Shown: positions 56,955-64,000 of the stretch, piece by piece | Layout: each line of letters begins with the position of its first letter | How positions within the stretch are numbered: the first letter of the stretch is position 1 | From: Nitrospirota bacterium | Lineage (GTDB): Bacteria > Nitrospirota > UBA9217 | DNA length: 64,000 nt | Assembly (NCBI GenBank): GCA_963754875.1 | Contig: CAVWHO010000008.1 | Coordinates: 352,001 to 416,000, forward strand | Direction: 5' to 3' | The notes under the pieces: generated by a model | The model's input: only the letters and a program-made list of their open reading frames with translations | Told to the model about the DNA's origin: nothing | The model's database searches: none | Program-made: the position numbers and the translations under genes

Positions 56955-58190
56955 TTAGTCTTTTGCATGGCACTTGTTGCAGAGAGACCGCTGGTAGCTG
57001 GAAAAGGACGCCACGGTCCTGCCATAGTAGGCAGCCTGGGCTTCCGCGGCGGTCTGGCCGCGAGATACCTGCGCGAACGCGCTGTTGGTGACCATAAATT
57101 CGCTGTCGTTAAACCATCTCGTCATGTGATCGAAACCTGAGGCATGTGCACGATGGCAGCTGAGGCACATGACCTGCGAATTTGAATCCGCACCAGTATC
57201 GGGTGCGCCCAGAGCTTTGGCCTGGGTTCTAAGCGTCACCAGTGCATTCAGCTGGCCGCCTGTGCCGCCTACTTCGAACGGGACCAGTGAGTTGTATGCC
57301 GAAGCGACAATGCCGGTCATGTTGCCCGACATCTTATAGGCATTATAATTGTTGATCTGGTCGGTCGTGAACTTACCATCAGTGCTGACCGGGTGCGAAT
57401 GCTTGGTGGAGGTGCCTGAAAGCATGTCAGGATGGCAGGTCGCGCACCACTCGGACATACCGGAGCCGTAGGCAACGCGAAGCTGCGTCGAGTCGGTTTC
57501 CGCAACGTTGTAGGTGCCCGGTGCAACGGCAACAGGCGGATTCGCCGAGAAGGTAACACCACGTGAGGCATCGCCGAGTCCGCGGAGCAGACGATACACA
57601 CCGATTGCCTGGCCGGCAGCCGGCGTGGCGCTGGTGTTGTACGAGCCGGACCCGATGATCGGCGCCCCGCCCGTAGAAAAGGTCAAATTCGACATAATAC
57701 GGTTACGGCCGTGGTTGTCATGGCAGCTGTTGCAGGCGAGATTCCCGGCTGAGAACGTGCCACCAGGCGCTGTCGTGTTGATCGTATCCGGGCCAAAACC
57801 AAAGTCGCCCGCAACGATGTTGTGACCATGTGTAGAGCCAAGGTCGCTGTTTGCGGCGTTGCGTACGACAAAGAAATAATCTTTCTTCAACCATGCGAAG
57901 TCGCCGCCGGGGGTATAGTTAAGAGGAGCGACGCCCGCGGCCGGTAAGGGCCACGTCAGTTCGTGATAGCTGCCTGTTGCCGCGTTTGCGTGGCAGGACA
58001 AGCAGGTGGAACTCGGATCCCCGCCAACCAGCAGCGCGTTCGTGGTTGCACCATCTTGGCCATCGTGAATATTGTGACAACCCGTACACTCGGCGACACC
58101 GCCGCTATGGAACGCAAAACTTACGGTGCAGAGGCCGAATATAAAGGCGACCGCAACAGCAATGACAAAGCTTAATTTAACAATCTTCAT
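56955..58190 (-). CDS. omcS: Hexaheme nanowire cytochrome OmcS homolog
   Basis: Mature N-terminus FHSGGVAECTGCHNIH, TPGGDFAWLKK, GHNIVAGD, VAYGSGMSEWC, CLSCHRAHASGFD and C-terminus YQRSLCNKCHAKD match Geobacter OmcS as recalled. Six CxxCH; SD AGGAGG. Confidence 0.92.
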   Translation of the reverse strand: MKIVKLSFVIAVAVAFIFGLCTVSFAFHSGGVAECTGCHNIHDGQDGATTNALLVGGDPSSTCLSCHANAATGSYHELTWPLPAAGVAPLNYTPGGDFAWLKKDYFFVVRNAANSDLGSTHGHNIVAGDFGFGPDTINTTAPGGTFSAGNLACNSCHDNHGRNRIMSNLTFSTGGAPIIGSGSYNTSATPAAGQAIGVYRLLRGLGDASRGVTFSANPPVAVAPGTYNVAETDSTQLRVAYGSGMSEWCATCHPDMLSGTSTKHSHPVSTDGKFTTDQINNYNAYKMSGNMTGIVASAYNSLVPFEVGGTGGQLNALVTLRTQAKALGAPDTGADSNSQVMCLSCHRAHASGFDHMTRWFNDSEFMVTNSAFAQVSRGQTAAEAQAAYYGRTVASFSSYQRSLCNKCHAKD

Positions 58191-58215
58191 GAACATCCTC
58201 CTATTAAATGATGTG

Positions 58216-58294
58216 CTCCGGCAGCCCGGCCGTCCTGAGTTCAGGACCCGTAGACTTTGTGTCCCCACCTTGCGATGGGTTTACCCGTTCGGAG
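58216..58294 (-). ncRNA. c-di-GMP-I (GEMM-I) riboswitch aptamer upstream of omcS
   Basis: CTCCG-AAC-GGGTAAACCCATC-GCAA-GGTGGGGACACAAAGTCTACGGGTCCTGAACTCAGGACGGCCGGGCTGC-CGGAG: P1 CTCCG/CGGAG, GNRA-capped P2, P3 GTCCTGA/TCAGGAC. Confidence 0.9.
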
Positions 58295-58422
58295 GATTGC
58301 ATTGCATCGGCAATGCCGACAAATTGAGAAACTAACAGCTACCTCGTGCTTCTTAACGCTTTGTACTATTCTGTATTTCCTCTATCCGACGCCACCCCCT
58401 TTCTTTTTATAAGATAGTGTTT

Positions 58423-59398
58423 TCATTCGTAGGACATTCTGAAAACACTGACACCCCGCATGCCCGCCTGGATGACATAAAGATTATTGTTGCCGTCCAT
58501 GGCCAGATCAGATGGGATCACTAAATTTTGCGGATTTTTCCCGCGATAGCCGAATTCCGTAACGAAATTTAAGTTGTTATCAAAGACGGAGACAACGCAT
58601 CTCAATTTGTCGGACACTACATAGTTCCCCCGGTTGTCCGCTATGATCCCTGAAACAATGCCGAATTTCCCAGGTCCGCTGCCCGCCGCACCGAAACTCG
58701 CCATAGTACCGTCGGGAGAGAGTCGGTAGGCGCTGAAAAAAACGGGAATCGTGAACAGGATGTTTCCGTTCTTGTCCAGAGTGAAACCATCCATCTCGAC
58801 GGATCCTTCGTCCTTCTTCTTAATTTCGAGCTTCGGTGTCAGATCGTAGTTTTTCAATACTAGACCCGTTGCATCGGCAACAATGATCTTCAGGGTCCAG
58901 AGTATCGGCAAAATAAAAACGCCCTTCCCGATAAAGCATGCGGGTCGGCAAAAAATCAGCAAAACCAGCGGGCAGGTTCTTAATCTCAAAACGCTCCAGT
59001 GGTTCCGCCCGGTAGGTAGAACGGATAATTTCATACGATTTGGAATCAACTCCGCTCTTATACGAAAGAGTCAGGATATGACCCTGTTCATCAACTGCGA
59101 CATCGGCGATCAGGCCGAGTCTCATGTCATTATTAAAACGATCTATCTCGATCCCAACACTATTGAAAACGGTTAATACATTCGAGCACAAAACGTAAAT
59201 CTCATTCCTTGTCGGGTCAGCGAATACCCGTCCGCCTTCAGACCGGATGGGACCGGTTACGTCGGCAAGGGGATAAAGGAAATGGGCAGCTATAGACGAT
59301 CCGGTTGACGCTGTTGCGGAAAATGCCTGCATCAACAGACAGAGACAAACAAGAAGAGCAACCGATAACAGGTTATTTTTAAATATTCTGGTAGCCAT
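58423..59398 (-). pseudogene. NHL-repeat beta-propeller gene split by a +1 frameshift near 58893 (real lesion or sequencing error)
   Basis: ORF 58820-59398 carries the signal peptide and first blades up to FYFADTLD. ORF 58423-59049 continues LKIIVAD...GSGPGKF...PSDLAMD. Removing one base from gac-c-ctg joins them. Confidence 0.7.
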
Positions 59399-59424
59399 AT
59401 TCAGCCTCTTGCAGAAAGTTAATT

Positions 59425-59440
59425 TGCATAAGGGATGCCA
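59425..59440 (-). promoter_or_regulatory. Sigma-54 (-24/-12) promoter of the nanowire locus
   Basis: TGGCATCCCTTATGCA is GG-N10-GC, 26 nt upstream of ATG 59398. An IHF-like site AAACAAGCCATTA lies at 59468-59480. Confidence 0.7.
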
Positions 59441-59644
59441 TTGTCGGGGCAGTTAGTAAGTTAATTAAAACAAGCCATTATGTTTGGGAGGAAATGCATG
59501 CGAGTGGGGATATTGGTGAATTTACTAAGACGGTTGGTGTTTTTTCTGATTCAAGCTGGCATCCTTTTCCCCGGGGAGAACGGAAAAAAGGATGCCACTA
59601 AACTCATATGTTAAGCCCTCACAAGAAATGACGGAAGAGCTCAG

Positions 59645-59778
59645 TAGCAGTCTTTTTAAAAACCTCTTGCACCCTTTGACAGGCTCAGGGCAAACGGGTG
59701 GAAACGTTGAAGATTGGCTTTTATCGGTTCGTAGTGAGCCTGCCGGAACACTTAAAACACTTTTTCAACAGCTTAGTA
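59645..59778. repeat. Degenerate REP/MITE-like palindromic element
   Basis: Inner arms ccctttgacaggctcagggcaaacg and cggttcgtagtgagcctgcc pair imperfectly. Outer arms are tagcagtctttttaaaaa and tttttcaacagcttagta. Confidence 0.5.
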
Positions 59779-59905
59779 GGAATGGGATGCCCGGTCGGTT
59801 GGCGGGAATGTGTTGGCAAAGGCTGCTGAGGATTTATATCGTGCCTAGTCTACGTTAGACCGTAAGATACGGCAACTATTCTACTCTACCGATAAAGTTT
59901 GAGCC

Positions 59906-60826
59906 CTAGCGAGGACTGCTACTCTTGACCTCGCCCAGCTTTTTATAGGCACCCTCGAGGTAATGGCGCGCCCCGGCGTGTCCTGGTTCAATCTGCAATG
60001 CAGTCTGGAACTCTCTGATAGCGTCGTCCATGCGTCCCTCATACTGAAAAGCCAAACCAAGGTTTTTGTGCACTTCGGCGTTTCGGGGTCCCAATGCGAG
60101 GGCCTGCTGAAAAGCGCTGATGGCGTCATCAAAGCGGCCTTGTTTCGCATAAACAATCCCCAGGTTGTTATATGCCTCGGCACCCTGGGGCTGGCTTTTT
60201 ATCGCTTCCTGGAATTCAGCAATGGCCTCCCGGAAAATCACCCTGTTCCCGTACAGGAGCCCCAGGTTGTTGTGGGCCTCGGCGTAGTCGGGCTTGGACC
60301 TGATTGCTGCCCGATATTCCCGCACTGCGTCTTCGAGCAGACCCTGCGCTTCAAAGGCGATGCCGAGATTGTAATGCGCAGCGGCATTCGCGGGGTCTGA
60401 TTGCAGAGCACGCTGAAATTCACGGAGCGCCTCACTCACCTGCCCCTGCTTGACATAGATGATCCCCAGATTGGTGTGCGCTCCGGCATCTTCCGGGTCT
60501 TCACGGAGCACGGATTGAAACTCCCCAAACGCCTCTTCGAAGCGGCCCAGCTTTCCATAGATGCTTCCGAGATTGTTTTGCGCTCTAACCGCATTGGGGT
60601 CATTAAAGCCGGCCGGCACTGCCCTGATCGCGGTCTGGTATTCCCTGATCGCCTCTTCGTAACGCCCGGAACGGTCGTAATAGTGGCCCAGATTATAATG
60701 AGGCCGGGTTTTTGTCGGACTTTTCTCCACCGTATCAGACCACAGCCGCTGTTCATCCAGCCACGTTATATTCCTCACGAATGTCGCAGTAGTCAACAAA
60801 AGGAGTATCCCGGCGACGGTGGACAT
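59906..60826 (-). CDS. Membrane-anchored TPR protein resembling the C-terminal module of TMTC-like proteins
   Basis: One TM, then RNITWLDEQRLWSDTVEKSP and about seven TPR units (AHxNLG). Start uncertain (60826-60934). Confidence 0.85.
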   Translation of the reverse strand: MSTVAGILLLLTTATFVRNITWLDEQRLWSDTVEKSPTKTRPHYNLGHYYDRSGRYEEAIREYQTAIRAVPAGFNDPNAVRAQNNLGSIYGKLGRFEEAFGEFQSVLREDPEDAGAHTNLGIIYVKQGQVSEALREFQRALQSDPANAAAHYNLGIAFEAQGLLEDAVREYRAAIRSKPDYAEAHNNLGLLYGNRVIFREAIAEFQEAIKSQPQGAEAYNNLGIVYAKQGRFDDAISAFQQALALGPRNAEVHKNLGLAFQYEGRMDDAIREFQTALQIEPGHAGARHYLEGAYKKLGEVKSSSPR

Positions 60827-60923
60827 CCTCACGAGCGTGTTGACATTTCCCCCTTTGTCCCTGGTAGACCCCGGGCCTGGCGCCTCTTTTGCGCTCCCTC
60901 CCCCTGGCGGAAAGCACTCTGCT

Positions 60924-63900
60924 CTACGACCCATGATATGCCTGCACTTTCGCCCTAATGTCGTCCTGGATCCTTTCCATCGTAATTCCCTCAGCGGGGT
61001 ACTCCTGCCCCTGACTGCGGCTCAATTCCGCTTGCCTGCGGTAGGTGGTTTGAATAACAAGGAATACGTCTTGTACGAATTTCCGTATTTGCGAGTTGAG
61101 GTCCGGACCGGAGAGATACGCCTGACCAAAAATCTTTTTCGCGGCATTGTCAACAAAGATGACGGCCGCCCTTTCTTCGCCTGCCCGCACGATCACGGCG
61201 GAAATTTCGATAACTACGTTCTCCCCGCCGGCGCTTCGCAGGGGAAACGGTATTTTTTGAAGCAGCGCCGGGACATGCGACTGCGCTTCGAGATATTCTT
61301 TATGAAGAAACCGTCCCGGCGCAAACTCCGGGTATTTTTTGTCCGATTCCGCCAGGTAAATCCTGAACTCCGGTTCGTCGTCGTGTCCCCCGATGAACAA
61401 CGCTCGCGCGCGGTCTTCAATCATGGCGGCCGACGCGTTCGAGTTCCACTTTCTCATCTGCGCTTCTCGAAATTTTCCCTGCGCTTCAGGAACGAGATAG
61501 GGAAGAATGCTCTCCCGGTATCGGGCTATGACAGAGAGATTGTATCCCATGGTATTTATGCCGACGGAAGCGGGGGTGGAGAATTCGAGATATAAATTAT
61601 CGTCGGTATTGATCACGCCGCCGGAACTGAACGCCGCCATTGCATTTGTCCCCATGACAAAGTAGCTGAGAAAGTCCGTCGCTGAACCCATGGATACCTG
61701 CTCAAGATCATTGAGAAGGGGAGGATAAGATATGCGTCGTTCCAGCTCTTTTTCATCTATGATGATCGGGGAATTGCTCCCGATGAGTTCCACATCATGC
61801 GCCGTCAGCCATGCCATCGTATATCTAAAATGCAGAGAGAACGTCCTCACAATGGATTTCAAGTCTTCTACTTTCAGCTCGTAGATCGGCAACCACTGGC
61901 ACATAATGCCATCAGGCAGGAGATGCTCGGAAGCTATCCTAAAATACTCGTCAGTATAAAGATATCCCGACCCCTGGGTCCAGGGATGAATCGGGTCCGC
62001 AGTGATCACGTCGTACTTGTTCTTCGTGGTCATCAAAAAGTTCCGGCCGTCATTGAATATAATTTTGAGTTTCGGGTTGTCGAGAACGTAGTGGTTGTAT
62101 TTGCCGAAGGTTCTGGCGCAGCCCGTAACGTTCGGTTCTATCTCCGCGAGGGTGAGGTCTTTCACGCTCGGATGGATCGAAACAGCTCCAGCGGTCATTC
62201 CGGTTCCGAGGCCGACGACAAGCACTTTTTGCGGATTTTTGTGGAGCAGCATCGGAAGATGACCAAGAGCCAACTGGCACTGCCGGTCGCCGAGTGATGC
62301 CGATGCAACGACCTTTCCGTTGACCAGTACCGCCTGGTTGCCTCCCTTTACTTTGATTGAGCTGATGGTCGAATTCACCCCTTCATGGTAATAGAGCACA
62401 TCGGTGTTCGCGATGGCATCCTGTTTCTTTTCCGGTGTGTCATAAGCTGCCGGCAAGTTGTTCTGGAAAATGGCGAAAAACTTGGCATCCCATACTCTCA
62501 AGGTGTTGTGACTGGTCATAAGAAACAGGAGAGATGCCAGCGTCAGAACTCCGCAGGCAATGCTCATGACTTTGCTGTTCTTAGTACTGAGGATGATGAG
62601 AAGTCCGGCCCCGATATTAACGACGGTCAGAAATTGAAGGGACCGTTCAAGGCCCAAGAGGTAGATCAAGACAAAACCGCTCACGGCCGACCCCAAAATC
62701 GAACCAACAGTGTTGTATGCCAGAACATTCCCGACTGCATAGCCGATTCTTTTTCTGTAATGAGCGATGACCGTGCCCGCCAGGGGAAATGCCGACCCCA
62801 TAAAAAAAGCCGGAACGAACATATAAGAAAAAGCAAGCGTCATATTTGCCCATTGACGGGCATCAAAAACGCTCATTCCCCGGGATAAATAAAATGAGTT
62901 TAACGAAAGGGCATGGACCGGAAGATCGCGGATATTAATCGTTACAAAAAGCGCTGTAACGCCTATAATGCACTGTACGATCCCGAAGCGAAGGGTCCGG
63001 CTTAATATCTCATTCTTGACCGAGGGGAATAATCTGTGGAAGAGTCCATAGGACCCGCTGCCGAAGGCGATGCCGGCCAGAAAGGCAACGAGCATGATCG
63101 TAAAACCGTACACGCTTGTGCCGATGGTCAGGGTAAGGATCCTGGTCCAAAGGACCTCATAGCCGAGGGCGCAGAAACCGCTGACACCGATACCCAAGAG
63201 AACCATTTTCACAGGATAAGCGTAAGTTAGTGTATTTTTTTCGTCCTCTTCCCTGACCACATTCTCCTCAGCATTTTTTTCGAAATTATCATTTCCCTGC
63301 ATTGAATTGTCATGAATAGCTGATGCGCGTCCCGATAAGAGTACGGCGGCAAACCCGACCAGCATATTCATCACGATTGCCGTATGCAGGGTCATGCTGA
63401 CCGAATAGAGCCGGAGCAGATAAAATCCGGCCGTCATCGTCCCTGCAACGGCCCCCAGGGTATTGAAGCCATACAGGAGGGACAGTTGCGTCCCCATTTT
63501 CACGGAGTTTCTTGAGACAAACCGCGTCAGGACCGGAAGGGTCCCGCCCATGAGTGTTGTGGGAACGAGCAATGCGAAGACGGAGAAGGCAGCTCGCACC
63601 AATGTGAGATACAAACGGTGATCCTCGTGTCCCTGGGCCAGGTAGATATAAACGGAAGGATAGATTTTCATCAAACCGCTAAATGCCAGCGCCGAAAGGG
63701 CAATGCCGATCTCAAGATACCCGTACAATCGCAGCGGTTTCTTTATCCGGTCAACGGATCTGCCGATGGCATAGCTGCCGAGTGCCAGCCCTGCCATGAA
63801 GACCGATAAGACGACGGTGACTGCCAGATGAGTGCCGCCGAAAATAAGGCTCAAAGAGCGCACCCATACGACTTCGTACATCAGCGATGCCGAGCCTGAA

Positions 63901-63947
63901 AGGAAAAAAAGAGCGTATACCAATCCTAACGTTAAATAAAAGTACAT
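60924..63947 (-). CDS. Second fused multi-TM / spermidine-synthase-like SAM-fold protein
   Basis: SGSASLMYEVVWVR, LYGFNTLGA, VVGLGTGMT, AEIEP, NDGRNFL and YDVITADPIHPW. SD GGAGG before ATG 63947. Confidence 0.9.
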   Translation of the reverse strand: MYFYLTLGLVYALFFLSGSASLMYEVVWVRSLSLIFGGTHLAVTVVLSVFMAGLALGSYAIGRSVDRIKKPLRLYGYLEIGIALSALAFSGLMKIYPSVYIYLAQGHEDHRLYLTLVRAAFSVFALLVPTTLMGGTLPVLTRFVSRNSVKMGTQLSLLYGFNTLGAVAGTMTAGFYLLRLYSVSMTLHTAIVMNMLVGFAAVLLSGRASAIHDNSMQGNDNFEKNAEENVVREEDEKNTLTYAYPVKMVLLGIGVSGFCALGYEVLWTRILTLTIGTSVYGFTIMLVAFLAGIAFGSGSYGLFHRLFPSVKNEILSRTLRFGIVQCIIGVTALFVTINIRDLPVHALSLNSFYLSRGMSVFDARQWANMTLAFSYMFVPAFFMGSAFPLAGTVIAHYRKRIGYAVGNVLAYNTVGSILGSAVSGFVLIYLLGLERSLQFLTVVNIGAGLLIILSTKNSKVMSIACGVLTLASLLFLMTSHNTLRVWDAKFFAIFQNNLPAAYDTPEKKQDAIANTDVLYYHEGVNSTISSIKVKGGNQAVLVNGKVVASASLGDRQCQLALGHLPMLLHKNPQKVLVVGLGTGMTAGAVSIHPSVKDLTLAEIEPNVTGCARTFGKYNHYVLDNPKLKIIFNDGRNFLMTTKNKYDVITADPIHPWTQGSGYLYTDEYFRIASEHLLPDGIMCQWLPIYELKVEDLKSIVRTFSLHFRYTMAWLTAHDVELIGSNSPIIIDEKELERRISYPPLLNDLEQVSMGSATDFLSYFVMGTNAMAAFSSGGVINTDDNLYLEFSTPASVGINTMGYNLSVIARYRESILPYLVPEAQGKFREAQMRKWNSNASAAMIEDRARALFIGGHDDEPEFRIYLAESDKKYPEFAPGRFLHKEYLEAQSHVPALLQKIPFPLRSAGGENVVIEISAVIVRAGEERAAVIFVDNAAKKIFGQAYLSGPDLNSQIRKFVQDVFLVIQTTYRRQAELSRSQGQEYPAEGITMERIQDDIRAKVQAYHGS

Positions 63948-64000
63948 GGTTACCCTCTCCTCCCTGATGCCATCAAGTTGAGGAAACACTCATCGGTCGG

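Overview
Bacterial window whose gene families resemble those of anaerobic Desulfobacterota or Nitrospirota; the taxon is an inference and is not established. (1) 1-10.9 kb, minus strand: a PEP-CTERM/XrtA-type exopolysaccharide export operon under a sigma-54 promoter. It encodes an atypical receiver, an ExeA-like ATPase, a NusG-paralog antiterminator, a priming glycosyltransferase, Wza, a split Wzc and a beta-barrel, and ends in a large Ig-repeat lipoprotein that runs off the left edge and is missing from the ORF track. (2) 11.8-27 kb: a cohesin/dockerin-like protein, glmS, a c-di-GMP/partner-switch operon (GGDEF, ATPase-RsbW fusion, STAS, HD-GYP), an ankyrin/HEAT lipoprotein and a sigma-54 two-component system. 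(3) 28.5-38.8 kb: a GT2, a membrane SAM-fold (spermidine-synthase-like) protein, a TMTC-like GT-C/TPR protein, and an operon of histidine kinase, REC-TPR-HEPN-like regulator and degenerate MotB/OmpA-like protein. (4) 39.3-59.4 kb, minus strand: an OmcS-type cytochrome-nanowire locus with two hexaheme OmcS homologs, a beta-propeller, a beta-barrel, two CsgG-like lipoproteins, a PPIase chaperone, 26- and 16-heme cytochromes and two NHL proteins. It has a sigma-54 promoter, a GEMM-I riboswitch in front of omcS and a terminator after it. One lipoprotein is expanded to about 1950 aa by 14 Calx-beta domains from recent near-identical duplications. (5) 59.9-64 kb: a TPR protein and a second spermidine-synthase-like membrane protein. 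Two apparent +1 frameshifts lie in the nanowire locus. No rRNA, tRNA or CRISPR array was seen.
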